This document shows positions 9,266-19,187 of a stretch of 64,000 nt of DNA, one piece after another. The stretch's first letter is position 1. Each line of letters opens with the position of its first letter. Below the pieces are notes generated by a model. The model saw nothing but the letters and a program-made list of their open reading frames with translations, searched no databases and was not told where the DNA came from. The stretch is from positions 1,152,001-1,216,000 of the forward strand of contig JBGAHS010000001.1 in the NCBI GenBank assembly GCA_044226015.1, read 5' to 3'. The position numbers were made by a program, and so were the translations under genes. The DNA is from Candidatus Obscuribacteraceae bacterium. GTDB taxonomy: Bacteria; Cyanobacteriota; Vampirovibrionia; Obscuribacterales; Obscuribacteraceae.

Positions 9266-9607
9266 ATGACATCAGCAACACAACCACTTCGCTATCGCCA
9301 AGGCGACGTAATTCTAGAAAAAATCGAGAATATTCCTTCAAGCCATACCGAAGAAAAGCCAGGTCCGAAAGGATTAGTTTTGAAATTCGGATCGGCAACA
9401 GGACACATGCACCGTATTTTGCAAGGTGCGCGACTATTGAAGGCACCCGAGAATTCCGAAGGCACTAACGACGTTCTTGTCGTCGGAGACGAAGGGGCTG
9501 ATTTGGTACATGAAGAACACGCCACCATCCACCTTCCGGCAGGTAATTACGCGCTTTTGCAGCAGCGTGAATATTCTCCCGAAGCAATTCGGACGGTGAT
9601 GGATTAA
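9266..9607 (+). CDS. Small His-motif protein (RQGDV...GHxH...HEEH...QREY), partner of DUF6745-like protein
   Basis: Motifs read directly; AGGAG RBS. Confidence 0.75.
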   Translation: MTSATQPLRYRQGDVILEKIENIPSSHTEEKPGPKGLVLKFGSATGHMHRILQGARLLKAPENSEGTNDVLVVGDEGADLVHEEHATIHLPAGNYALLQQREYSPEAIRTVMD

Positions 9608-9653
9608 TCGCGGGATTTGTTAGTTACCTCGTTTTAGCAAAGGATTTTTCAAA

Positions 9654-11042
9654 GTGCCTATATCAACAAAAATTGAATCAATGACATCGGAGCAGATTGC
9701 TAGGCTCCCAGAGTTCGCAAAGAAATGGGTAGAGATTGGACTGCATCCAGGACCTACCGACGAAGCAAAAGCGATTGAAGCAGTTCAATCTCTTTACACA
9801 AGCGTTGGCAAGAAAGCACCACGGGTGGCACTATGCTCGTCACCACTTGTTGCATGCCTAACGATAGCGATTTTGAGAACAGTGAAGTTCGACTTCTCTA
9901 AAATCAAAATCGACGGGCAAACAACGGAGATGCTATCGTCTCCCGCCCATACTACCACCACCAACCTGAGCGATCAGGTCCTCGCTCAGGTCAGCGCTCA
10001 GGTCAGCGCTCAGGTCAGCGATCAGGTCAGCGATCAGGTCAGCGATCAGGTCCTCGCTCAGGTCAGCGCTCAGGTCAGCGCTCAGGTCAGCGCTCAGGTC
10101 AGCGCTCAGGTCAGCGCTCAGGTCAGCGCTCAGGTCAGCGATCAGGTCCTCGCTCAGGTCAGCGCTCAGGTCCTCGCTCAGGTCAGCGCTCAGGTCAGCG
10201 ATCAGGTCCTCGATCAGGTCAGCGATCAGGTCCTCGCTCAGGTCAGCGCTCAGGTCCTCGCTCAGGTCAGCGATCAGGTCCTCGCTCAGGTCAGCGCTCA
10301 GGTCAGCGCTCAGGTCAGCGATCAGGTCCTCGCTCAGGTCAGCGCTCAGGTCAGCGATCAGGTCCGGCAGCTCACCAGATACTACTGGTACTGGTGGCTC
10401 CCAGGCGCATACGGCACCTCACACTGGCTGGCATACCTCGATTTCATCAAAGAGGTTTTGAATCCGCCAAATGTGGACTTCAAAAAGGTCGACGCCCTGA
10501 TAGCGACTGCAAAAACTGTGTGCGCCGTCTTCACCTTCGAAACTACCGCATTTGCTGTTAAACAAGCTTTGTGGACTGAAAGAGATGAGCGAGGACGGTT
10601 GCACTCACCTGATAAAGCGGCAGTGCAATACGAAGATGGCTTCAATGTTTACGCTTGGCACGGTGTAAGAATGCCGGCCGAAATCTACGAGAATCCAAAG
10701 AGCTTCACAGTTCGTAGAATCGACAAAGAACGCAATGCAGAAGTCAAACGAGCCATGCTGGAAAGATACGGCTGGGACAAATATCTGCATGAATCGAATG
10801 CTAGTTTGATTGATGAATCAGCAGACCAGCTAGGGAACCCTCTCAAGCTCTGGGAAAAAGAGATTGAGGGTGAGCCGGAAAAATTGGTTATGGTCGAATT
10901 CGTTAATTCGACTGCAGAGCCTGATGGCTCACACAAACACTACACAATACGAGTTCCGCAAACGATAAGAAAAGCGGCTGAAGCGCAGGCTTGGGTCTGT
11001 GGCATTCAAGCTCCTTCGATATCATTTGTCGCTCAATCTTAG
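9654..11042 (+). CDS. DUF6745-like protein with internal (S/L)(A/D)QV tetrapeptide repeat
   Basis: C-terminal GRLH...YEDG...AWHGV...NAEVKR...NSTAEPDGS...RVP...AEAQAW pattern. Confidence 0.75.
   Translation: MPISTKIESMTSEQIARLPEFAKKWVEIGLHPGPTDEAKAIEAVQSLYTSVGKKAPRVALCSSPLVACLTIAILRTVKFDFSKIKIDGQTTEMLSSPAHTTTTNLSDQVLAQVSAQVSAQVSDQVSDQVSDQVLAQVSAQVSAQVSAQVSAQVSAQVSAQVSDQVLAQVSAQVLAQVSAQVSDQVLDQVSDQVLAQVSAQVLAQVSDQVLAQVSAQVSAQVSDQVLAQVSAQVSDQVRQLTRYYWYWWLPGAYGTSHWLAYLDFIKEVLNPPNVDFKKVDALIATAKTVCAVFTFETTAFAVKQALWTERDERGRLHSPDKAAVQYEDGFNVYAWHGVRMPAEIYENPKSFTVRRIDKERNAEVKRAMLERYGWDKYLHESNASLIDESADQLGNPLKLWEKEIEGEPEKLVMVEFVNSTAEPDGSHKHYTIRVPQTIRKAAEAQAWVCGIQAPSISFVAQS
9969..10364 (+). repeat. Coding minisatellite: 33 x 12 bp, (AGC|CTC)(GAT|GCT)CAGGTC
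   Basis: Counted directly; 396 bp, in frame, no interruptions. Confidence 0.97.
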
Positions 11043-11051
11043 GAGAACTAA

Positions 11052-11477
11052 ATGATCAACAACGTTGTTATTGTTGGCCGCGCCGGAAAAGCACCAGAAC
11101 TGAAAACGTTCTCGTCTGGTGCTCAGGTTGCTTCACTCTCGATGGCAATCAAGCGTCCAACAAAAGAGGACGAAACAGATTGGATCGATGTAAAAATCTG
11201 GGGCAAAAGTGCAGAAATTGCCCAAAAGTACATCAAGAAAGGTGACTTGTTTGGCGTCGAAGGACGCCTACATCAAGAGACCTGGGAGCAGGAAGGACAG
11301 AAACGTTCAAAGCTGATAGTTGCGGCCAACAATGTTCGTTTGATGCAGCCAAAAGCTGAGGGTGCTGAAGCGTCGAAATCATCACCGTCGAAAGAGTCAA
11401 AGAGCTCAAATCCATATGACTCTGACAATGTTGATTTAGACAGCATCTTTGCTAGCGAAGACGAGATCCCCTTCTAA
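11052..11477 (+). CDS. ssb: Single-stranded DNA-binding protein
   Basis: NNVVIVGR...ETDWIDVKIWGKSAE...VEGRL and acidic DEIPF tail. Confidence 0.93.
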   Translation: MINNVVIVGRAGKAPELKTFSSGAQVASLSMAIKRPTKEDETDWIDVKIWGKSAEIAQKYIKKGDLFGVEGRLHQETWEQEGQKRSKLIVAANNVRLMQPKAEGAEASKSSPSKESKSSNPYDSDNVDLDSIFASEDEIPF

Positions 11478-11486
11478 AGGTGCCCC

Positions 11487-11933
11487 ATGATTCACATTGA
11501 GGTGTTAGGAATTCCACGCCCAGGCGGGAGCAAAACTCCAGGACAAAACAAAAAGACGGGAAAGCTTTTTGTACGTCCGAGCAATCCTAACACCGCAGTG
11601 TGGAGATCTGAAGTTACCCAGGCGGCTTCACTGCAATATGCAGGACCTCTGCTATCGGGTCCAGTGAAGATGACCTATGAATTCCTCTTCCCGCGTCCTA
11701 AAAAACATTTTGGCACAGGCAAAAATGCTCAAAAGCTGAAAGATGCCGCTCCACGCTGGCACGTTACAAAGCCAGACCTTACCAAAATTATTCGATCTAC
11801 AGAAGATGCACTAACAGGAATTGTTTGGAAAGACGATTGCCTGGTTTGCAAAAGGCTTGAGTCCAAACGCTATTGCTACGAAGGCGAACGCCCAGGCGTA
11901 CGACTAACTATAGAAGAAATACAAAATGCTTGA
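11487..11933 (+). CDS. rusA: RusA-family Holliday junction resolvase
   Basis: G.PRPGGSK, FLFPRPKKH, KPDLTKIIRSTEDAL.GIVWKDD. Confidence 0.88.
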   Translation: MIHIEVLGIPRPGGSKTPGQNKKTGKLFVRPSNPNTAVWRSEVTQAASLQYAGPLLSGPVKMTYEFLFPRPKKHFGTGKNAQKLKDAAPRWHVTKPDLTKIIRSTEDALTGIVWKDDCLVCKRLESKRYCYEGERPGVRLTIEEIQNA

Positions 11934-13725
11934 AGTTGCCCAAATTGTTTCCCTACTACACGCCAAGCACAGTGGTAATGCGTGGATAGCTAAGTGTCCA
12001 GTGCATGACGATCAAACAGAAAGTCTAACAATTCGCCAGGGTGACAAAGCGGCTCTGCTTAAGTGCCACCGTGGTTGTCCAAATAATCAAATCGTTGAAG
12101 AGATAAATCGAATGCTAGGGCGTCCCGTTAGAAACGAAAAAACATTTCCAACACCACCAAAAGCTGGATCGACATCAGCTAAGAAGGTTGTCGCAACATA
12201 CGATTATGTGGATGCCGCAGGTAATTTGCTCTATCAAAAACTGAGATTTGATCCCAAGGACTTCCGAATCAGAAAACCAAATGGCTCCGGCTGGGATTGG
12301 AGCCTGACTGGAGTAAACGAAGTTCTGTATAACCTACCTGCAATAAATCAGGCTCTTTTCTCCGGAGAAACTATATTCATCGTTGAAGGTGAAAAAGACG
12401 CGGATAACATTTCGAAGCTTGGGTTTGTTGCGACAACAAACACACATGGAGCCAGTAAAGAAGAGACCAGGAGCAAATGGAAGCACGATCTGAGTAAAAG
12501 TCTCCAAGGTGCTTCAGAAGTTGTGATCCTTCCAGACAACGACAGTACGGGGAATGCTCACGCCAATTCAGTAGCTGCTAGTTTGCACCAGTTTCAAATC
12601 CCTGTGAAGATTGTTCGCCTTCCAGGTCTGCCAGAAAAAGGGGATGCTTCAGATTTCCTTGCAGCTGGTGGCACGAAAGAACAGATTATTTCTTTAGCTG
12701 AATCAGCCCCTTTCGTTCGACCGGACGGACAAACTGCAGCACCAGGGCTGTCTACTTTGACTGTCGCGGAGCTGATGAATCAGCATTTCGTTGCACCTCG
12801 CTGGGCAATCGAAGACTTACTACCAGAAGGGCTTACCCTGCTAACCGGAGCTCCAAAAATGGGGAAATCCTGGATGTCCTTGCAGATAGCCCTAGCAGTC
12901 TCCCGCGGTGAAAAAGTACTTGGCGATTTTCTCGCAGATAAAGGCGAGGTTCTCTATCTTGCTTTAGAAGATAGCTTCAGACGATTACAGCAAAGGGTAT
13001 CAATACTCGCTGACGATTCCAAACTTGTTGACAACAAGAATTTGATCATGTGTACCGAATTGGAAGGTATGGAAAATGGCGGTGTCACCGCCCTTGAATC
13101 GTTTTTAGAGAGTCATCCTAATTGCCGATTGGTGATAATTGATACATTGCCTCGCTTTGTGCCACCACCAGAGACGAAAGCGAATGCTTATCAAAACGAT
13201 TACAAGGTCTACAGCAAACTTCAGAAGCTGGCGATCAAACACCGAATAGCGTTAGTAGGAGTTCAGCACTTACGCAAAGCCAAGGCTTCAGGTGGCGATC
13301 AATTAGATGAGGTCTCAGGCAGTGCTGGCGCTACCGGTGCAGCCGATACCATTTGGGTTCTAAAAAGACAGCGAACTGAATCAACTGGCAGTCTCATGAT
13401 TACAGGGCGAGACGTAGACGAGAAGTTGTTTGATACTGAATTCAACAAAGATACATGCAAGTGGTCTCTCGGTGGAGACAACAGAGGTGAGCAACGCCGG
13501 AAGACTTTAGTCCAGCTAACGACACACTTTGGATCTGAAAGTTTTACTTATGCTTCCGTTGTTGATGCCTTAGGCATGTCTTTAACAAATAGTAAAAGGC
13601 TTGTCGGCGATCTCGTTTCCGCTAGCTATGTGGTTCGTTTAAAAGAGAAGATCGGAAGAGCATTTCAATTCAAGCTGACAGATCGTATGACTGATGTCGT
13701 TCTCGGAGGTGCCGAGGATGAGTGA
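11926..13725 (+). CDS. Primase-helicase (zinc finger + TOPRIM + RepA/AAA_25-type helicase)
   Basis: CPVHDD...CHRGC; IVEGEKDA, PDND; Walker A GAPKMGKS, YLALED, IIDTL, GSAGATGAAD. Confidence 0.88.
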   Translation: MLEVAQIVSLLHAKHSGNAWIAKCPVHDDQTESLTIRQGDKAALLKCHRGCPNNQIVEEINRMLGRPVRNEKTFPTPPKAGSTSAKKVVATYDYVDAAGNLLYQKLRFDPKDFRIRKPNGSGWDWSLTGVNEVLYNLPAINQALFSGETIFIVEGEKDADNISKLGFVATTNTHGASKEETRSKWKHDLSKSLQGASEVVILPDNDSTGNAHANSVAASLHQFQIPVKIVRLPGLPEKGDASDFLAAGGTKEQIISLAESAPFVRPDGQTAAPGLSTLTVAELMNQHFVAPRWAIEDLLPEGLTLLTGAPKMGKSWMSLQIALAVSRGEKVLGDFLADKGEVLYLALEDSFRRLQQRVSILADDSKLVDNKNLIMCTELEGMENGGVTALESFLESHPNCRLVIIDTLPRFVPPPETKANAYQNDYKVYSKLQKLAIKHRIALVGVQHLRKAKASGGDQLDEVSGSAGATGAADTIWVLKRQRTESTGSLMITGRDVDEKLFDTEFNKDTCKWSLGGDNRGEQRRKTLVQLTTHFGSESFTYASVVDALGMSLTNSKRLVGDLVSASYVVRLKEKIGRAFQFKLTDRMTDVVLGGAEDE

Positions 13726-14053
13726 GGTCAGATCTGAATTGCGCGCATGGATTGCGCGAATGCTCAAATGCAAAACGCTGGAAGAGATCAAATCGTGCCT
13801 TCAGGAATTTTCTTTCTATCGGTGGACACTTGAAGAAAAGTCGATCATGTCCTCGCTGTATAGCCCAAAAGCAAACAAGCTGTTGTCCAGCAGTGAGGAC
13901 AAATGGAGGCACTTAGAGGACCTGGAAGAGCTTTGTTGGACCAACAAGAACGTGAGGCAACAGAATGAACAAACTAGTAACAATTTCAAAATATTTTCCG
14001 GGCTGGAAGAGAACCAAGTCATTCTCCGCACTGATTTGGACGCAAGAGCATGA
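13718..14053 (+). CDS. Phage hypothetical protein
   Basis: Start overlaps the primase-helicase end; GAGG RBS-like sequence. Confidence 0.45.
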   Translation: MSEVRSELRAWIARMLKCKTLEEIKSCLQEFSFYRWTLEEKSIMSSLYSPKANKLLSSSEDKWRHLEDLEELCWTNKNVRQQNEQTSNNFKIFSGLEENQVILRTDLDARA

Positions 14054-14221
14054 AAACGAACCCGACTTCGTCATGGAGTCAGAGAACAAAGAGCAGGTGC
14101 TCAGAGAAGCCCAGAGCTTTCCTGGTGCGCGTCTTGTTCAGCTTGAGAATTCTAGCTCAATTGAAGAATACAGACTTGGCTGGACCTTGGCGTTCTGCGA
14201 AACACACTAGAAGAGAAAACA

Positions 14222-14548
14222 ATGGCATTTGCAAGATTTGAAAAGAATGGACAAGTCGCTTTCTCCGAAGGCTCACGTATATTGAGAGTTCCTTCAGAGA
14301 AGGCTTGCCGAGAGCGATTAATAAAACTCTTGGAAGAAGTTGGCGGTGATACCAATCACGATGATGTCAAAGAATTTTGGCTTGAGCGTTCTCGTGAGAC
14401 CGGAAGCAGTGATGATTTGATTGCTGCATGGGCTGCTGAGACTTTCGAGCGGTTGAATAACGTCTGGAAAGATATTTGTACGCCACCAGATGCGGTGCCG
14501 CCGCCGGCAGAAGATGTTTTCTCGGCATTTGGATTCGGAGGTGATTGA
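14222..14548 (+). CDS. Phage hypothetical protein
   Basis: Co-oriented ORF in the tightly packed early operon. Confidence 0.55.
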   Translation: MAFARFEKNGQVAFSEGSRILRVPSEKACRERLIKLLEEVGGDTNHDDVKEFWLERSRETGSSDDLIAAWAAETFERLNNVWKDICTPPDAVPPPAEDVFSAFGFGGD

Positions 14549-14751
14549 TTGTGGACGAGATAAAGCCCGTCGAACTGTCGAAGGAGCAAGTAGAGTTTCT
14601 CGAAAATCAGGCGAGAATTAGACGAGCTATAGAGAGGTTCTTCGTTAAACCGATTCACTGTGAGCGGTGCGATGAACTGACTGAGAGGAACCAGAGCAAG
14701 AGCTGGTGCGCTAAACATATGCCGGTTGGTCCAAAAACTAGGTGGGGGTGA
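14545..14751 (+). CDS. Small zinc-finger-like phage protein
   Basis: CERC...CAKH; GGAGG RBS; overlaps previous stop. Confidence 0.5.
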   Translation: MIVDEIKPVELSKEQVEFLENQARIRRAIERFFVKPIHCERCDELTERNQSKSWCAKHMPVGPKTRWG

Positions 14752-14754
14752 GCG

Positions 14755-14991
14755 ATGAAGTACTTTGATATGTCAAACCATAATGAAGATTGCCGAATTC
14801 GTCAGATCGGTTTGAAGGTCATGGAGAATCCGGGAGCGATAATCGGCTTTGTCACAGATGATGACGAAGGTAAGCTTGAGCGATACATAGCAAAGATCCA
14901 AGAATGGTTTCCGCTGGTTGAGCTGATTGATAAACATCCGGGACCGGTGCCGAAGACGGTTTTGGCTAGATTGCGACGCAAAGGCGATTAA
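14755..14991 (+). CDS. Phage hypothetical protein
   Basis: Adjacent co-oriented ORF. Confidence 0.5.
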   Translation: MKYFDMSNHNEDCRIRQIGLKVMENPGAIIGFVTDDDEGKLERYIAKIQEWFPLVELIDKHPGPVPKTVLARLRRKGD

Positions 14992-14994
14992 CTG

Positions 14995-15074
14995 GAGCTC
15001 GAAAAGTGATACCACTTTCACCTCGAGCACAAAGTGATATCACAATCACCTCGAGCTAAAACTGACATCAGTTT
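14995..15074. promoter_or_regulatory. Three tandem ~28-30-bp units, each with a palindrome (putative operators)
   Basis: AAAGTG-atac-CACTTT (15003..15018), GTGATATCAC (15034..15043), AAACTGA-ca-TCAGTTT (15059..15074), joined by CACCTCGAGC. Confidence 0.65.
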
Positions 15075-15087
15075 GAAGGATTCAAAA

Positions 15088-15294
15088 ATGACACGACATC
15101 GTAAAGAAACGCGCATGGTGACTACGTTGCGGCTGCCTGAAGCTCTAATGAAAAGAGTGGATCGCTATGTGGTTATGAACAAGACAAAGCGTTACGGGGA
15201 AACCCTGAGTAGAAATCACGTGATCGAGCAAGCGCTCACTGAGTTTTTGGAGAAACAAGAGAAAGCAAAATCAGAAAGGAGAACGAGCTGGTGA
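15088..15294 (+). CDS. Ribbon-helix-helix (CopG/Arc-like) DNA-binding protein
   Basis: TTLRLPEALMKRVDRY...SRNHVIEQALTEFL; AAGGA RBS before ATG at 15088. Confidence 0.7.
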   Translation: MTRHRKETRMVTTLRLPEALMKRVDRYVVMNKTKRYGETLSRNHVIEQALTEFLEKQEKAKSERRTSW

Positions 15295-15860
15295 GAATTA
15301 CGAGCGGCAAAGGCAGCAAGCAGGATTACCAATCACCTTCTGATTTTATCGAAGTGGTTGAGTACACTACCGGTCGGATATCCTTCGATCTTGCCGCAAG
15401 CTATCACAATAGACAATCGGATCTCTACTTTGCCAAGCCTGGCTCAAATGATCCACACGCCCAGGCGATAGATTCACTTGCCCAAGATTGGGTAGCTTTG
15501 AGTCGCAGAGTGCCGCCCGGTAGCCTGCTTTGGCTCAATCCAGAATGGTCGAACATAACGCCCTGGGCGCGCAAGTGCTTTGAGTCTGCACCACATTTGG
15601 TGCGCCGCGTCAAAATTGCGTTTCTCGTACCTGCGTCAGTAGGTTCGAACTGGTTCCTAGATTATGTCTTTGAGAAGTCATACACAAGATTTCTCAACGG
15701 TCGTCTGACTTTTGTTGGACATCAAGACGCTTACACAAAAGATTGCATGTTCTCGCTCTTCGGTGCCGATGTGCCGTTAAGAGCGGAGCCTTGGAAATGG
15801 ACAGAAACACTCAAACAAATTCAGGAGGTCACGAGCAAATGCTCAATGCTGCACAAATAA
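15291..15860 (+). CDS. Phage Dam-family DNA N6-adenine methyltransferase (variant catalytic motif NPEW)
   Basis: YQSPSDF, FDLAAS, DSLAQDW, WLNPEWS, LVPASVGSNWF, GRLTF. Confidence 0.8.
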   Translation: MRITSGKGSKQDYQSPSDFIEVVEYTTGRISFDLAASYHNRQSDLYFAKPGSNDPHAQAIDSLAQDWVALSRRVPPGSLLWLNPEWSNITPWARKCFESAPHLVRRVKIAFLVPASVGSNWFLDYVFEKSYTRFLNGRLTFVGHQDAYTKDCMFSLFGADVPLRAEPWKWTETLKQIQEVTSKCSMLHK

Positions 15861-16147
15861 CTAATACTGAGATTCTTCAATTCATTTGCGGGTGGCAGGG
15901 TGGAACCATTCACCAACTCGTGAATGCTCTCAATTCTGTCAAACATCCTTTCGTCAGGTTCGACAAGCCAATCACTGATACCGAGATCCTGGAAGCCGAT
16001 TATGACAGGATGCAAGATCTCATGCGTCAAGCTCAAATGGTGAGGATTAGCAAGGAAATTGAGATCGCAAAGCCTCCACAGATGGAGACAGAGGCAAGCG
16101 TAAAGCAGATGAAAGATCCCTACTTCAACCATGGAGAACACGCATGA
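15839..16147 (+). CDS. Phage hypothetical protein
   Basis: AGGAGG RBS before ATG (MLNAAQ); overlaps the MTase end. Confidence 0.5.
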   Translation: MLNAAQITNTEILQFICGWQGGTIHQLVNALNSVKHPFVRFDKPITDTEILEADYDRMQDLMRQAQMVRISKEIEIAKPPQMETEASVKQMKDPYFNHGEHA

Positions 16148-16341
16148 ATCAATCAAGAGAATATTGCCCAGGATGCAAGACAACGTTCTGCAAAACCTGC
16201 GGTTCTCAGAGTGAGGGAATGCATTTCGCATTAGCAGAATGCAAAGACTCTTTTGCTTGCACATATGATGTCGAAATAATAGAGCGAGAAGCTTGCCCAA
16301 ATTGTGCTTCGCCCGAGGCGCCCGGAATAGGAGATAGCTAG
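16144..16341 (+). CDS. Small Cys-rich zinc-finger-like protein
   Basis: CPGC, CKTC, CPNC. Confidence 0.5.
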   Translation: MNQSREYCPGCKTTFCKTCGSQSEGMHFALAECKDSFACTYDVEIIEREACPNCASPEAPGIGDS

Positions 16342-16788
16342 ATGCAGGACGTTGATAAGGTTATAGAGGAATTGAAAGACAAGATAGTGTGCCTTGAGTT
16401 TCAGAACGAAAACTTGGACACAAGGTTGAACGCAGTGTACAAAGAGAGAAATACTTTGGTAGCTCTTCTCTCTTCGATTTTGCCATCCTCTCTGGAAAGG
16501 CACGATGAGAGTGATGAAAACTGGGAAGACGATTGGCGCTGGATTGTGTTTGTTATGCTTCCTGGCGGTAAACAGGCATCATGGCACATTCATGACTCTG
16601 ATTTGAAAATGTTTTCGCATGTAACCAGACGTGATACAAAGCGATTCGTTTGGGACGGACATACTACCGAAGAAAAATATGATCGCGTTTTCGAAGCCAT
16701 GGGCATTGAAGATGCCGCTATGAGAAAGCACCTAATGCACGATAAATTCGATTGCTGCACCTTCTGTAGTCCTGCGGAGGGAGCATGA
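16342..16788 (+). CDS. Phage protein with WDGHT motif
   Basis: ERNTLVALL...LPGGKQASWH...WDGHTTEEKY. Confidence 0.6.
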   Translation: MQDVDKVIEELKDKIVCLEFQNENLDTRLNAVYKERNTLVALLSSILPSSLERHDESDENWEDDWRWIVFVMLPGGKQASWHIHDSDLKMFSHVTRRDTKRFVWDGHTTEEKYDRVFEAMGIEDAAMRKHLMHDKFDCCTFCSPAEGA

Positions 16789-18343
16789 ACAAAACTTCTG
16801 AAGCGATAAAAAAGGCAAAGCAAGACATTTTGATATACGCAGGTGCTGCTATCGGAAGAATTACAGCCTCAAAGCAACGATACGCCTCTGGCGGTGGTGG
16901 CATCATCGTAAATGTGGTTTGCTGGCTGAAACATTCAGATTTCTGCACTACGTGGCTTCACAATTTTGTAAAGTCTCATTTTGAGCGTCGGCTGAAAGAT
17001 GTTGAGTTCTCTTGGAATGGGACATCAATTCATATCACATATCGTGATGCGGACGGAAAAATGCTTCATCCAAAGGAGGGCAGTCAAATTGGACTCAGAT
17101 AAACAAAGTGGATCCTGCACTTGGCTGAGCAAAAAAAATGGCTCCTGCCAAAAGACTGCTGTTAAGCCACAGGCAAGTAAGGATGGTTCGATATGGGCTG
17201 AGCTTTGCGAGCATCACGAAGGTGAGCTGATCAAGGCAATACAGAGTGGAAATCCTTTGGCAGTGATGGGTTGCTACGTTGCCGCGCAGGGGGGACCCAA
17301 TGTTGCGGCGCGCCGTACCGTCGATCAAATGTTTGGGAGGTAACTAAATTGAAAAACGAAATATTGTGTATCGTCGTCTTATTTCTGATTGTCTTTGGTT
17401 TGACCGTTTTGGAGAACTTAAACACAATGAATGACTCTCAAGCTCCAACGATTTTCGGGATTGATGTTAGCGAACAAGAAGATCGCACAGTTATGGTCTT
17501 CAACACAAACAAGCCCTATGAAATAGGTGGAAGATATCGCACCGTATCTGGTGCTGTTGTCGAAGTTGTTGCTTGTTCTGGACCCGGCAAGAATGGAGTG
17601 TTTCAAGTCGCCGCACAATACTTACTCCGGTTGAGGACTGCTTCACAGAAGAATGGAATGTCTTTAAAGAAGTTCACTGCTGATTTGTTGCTGTCAAAGC
17701 ACGAAGGAGACTAATTGGAAATACATGGCGTACGAATTGGTGATCGCTACATGATGAATCACCATTGCGAGGCTGAAGTGATCGCCATTCACGAAGTAAA
17801 GGATTACATGACTGGCAAACACATAAGGTTTGAATGCATAGCCAAACACAGCATGTCAGTGAATAAATTTACGGTTCCATTCTCAACGGTTGTGCGTAAC
17901 CGCACATGGCGAGGACCGGAACCATCAGGAGCCGAGCCAACACCAACAAACGGTTGCTGGGGATGCTTCTATGGACTTGAATCAGACGAGCATTGTTGCA
18001 GATATGGAGAAAACGCGAAATGAAAAGCACGCTTAAAAGAATTAGTGATTGGAGCGAATTGGACCAGGCTTACTTGATGCTTTATTGCATTCAGAGCAGT
18101 GCTCTAAAACAGCACGAGGAAGGCCAACCAGATCAAAAAGCTGATGCTCTTCTGAAAATACTTGAAGAACTGGCTGTCCCCGGTGGGCTTACAGTTGATC
18201 TAGCAAAGGCTGTTGACCAAATGAAGAAAGTTGTCCCAGCCTCTAAAGTGGCTTTGTTCTACTCACGGATGAAGAACGAAAGAAGACAGATGCTCAAAAG
18301 CAGAAAAATGGAGACTAACAGTCCGGTAGGCGAAGGTGTGTAA
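16785..18343 (+). other. Cluster of about five small co-oriented phage hypothetical ORFs (16785..17102, ~17089..17343, ~17349..17714, 17715..18023, ~18020..18343)
   Basis: Abutting or overlapping start/stop codons with GGAG-type RBSs; no recognisable family. Confidence 0.5.
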
Positions 18344-18417
18344 GTGAGCCAAGCTGTAGGGCGGTAATAGATCCGCTCCCACCTCCAGTTTTCAATACCC
18401 CACCTTCGCGTACCGGA

Positions 18418-18945
18418 CTAATACTGCCCCTGGTACCAATTCTCTTTTTTGACCGCTTCCAGACTCTTTCCGCCTATCAAATCGTCTTCAACACGACGAC
18501 GGCGACGGAGACCCGGGAGCGGGCCTTTTTCTCCGTTGATCCATTTCTTCATCCAGATCCTGAACTGTCTCATATCTCCTTTAACGAGAGCGAGACGAGT
18601 GTTGCAGTGCGGATTGAGCCAGACGGAATCTTTCATGTTATAGCGAAAGCTGATGATTCCCGCTAAGGCGAGAGCTGAGAGCGCATCCAAAACAGCGGCA
18701 GGAATCTCTTTCCTCAATGCAGCAATCTTGCCGTCCAAGATCTTTTCAAACATTTGATCCGCTTCAGCCTGGGTAATTTTTCGCGGGTGCTCTTTCAGAG
18801 ATATCGCGCAGCCCCAGCCGATTGTAGCCCATGACTCAAGCGGGAAAATATATGATTCAAGATGGCAACTTTCAAAATGCTGAATGACCTCTCTTGCAAT
18901 TTTGCGAGCTTCAGCCCATTTAGTTTCTGTCATTATTACCACCAA
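18418..18945 (-). CDS. Endolysin, phage lysozyme (GH24-like)
   Basis: IQHFESCHLESY...TIGWG...ITQAEA...SFRYN...LPGLRRRRRVE. Confidence 0.85.
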   Translation of the reverse strand: MVVIMTETKWAEARKIAREVIQHFESCHLESYIFPLESWATIGWGCAISLKEHPRKITQAEADQMFEKILDGKIAALRKEIPAAVLDALSALALAGIISFRYNMKDSVWLNPHCNTRLALVKGDMRQFRIWMKKWINGEKGPLPGLRRRRRVEDDLIGGKSLEAVKKENWYQGQY

Positions 18946-19187
18946 TCCTCAACCCAGAAAATGTCGTAAACCTTTGAATTACTGACGATTGCTGAAGCTT
19001 TGAAATTTCCCTTTGCTCTGTAATGCTCTGCAAAAAGCTTCTTCGAAATCAGAGAAATCGGCAGACCGATCGGAGCTGTAGCAACACCAATAAATCCAGC
19101 TGCTATGTGCTTCTTCGAAGATTTTGCTTCCGCCGCCGGCAGCGCGAGCTCCATCACCACCAGTAGTATCACAATAAGCTTCAACAT
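18936..19187 (-). CDS. Small protein with signal peptide in the lysis region
   Basis: MLKLIVILLVVMELALPAAEA-K; abuts the endolysin. Confidence 0.5.
   Translation of the reverse strand: MLKLIVILLVVMELALPAAEAKSSKKHIAAGFIGVATAPIGLPISLISKKLFAEHYRAKGNFKASAIVSNSKVYDIFWVEDWW

Noticed and set aside
9969..10364. Possible CRISPR array or DGR variable region
   Set aside because: In-frame 12-bp coding repeat without spacers; no reverse transcriptase or template-repeat copy seen.
14995..15074. Mini-CRISPR or decoy array
   Set aside because: The shared part is only ~10 bp and the intervening segments are related palindromes, which fits operators better.
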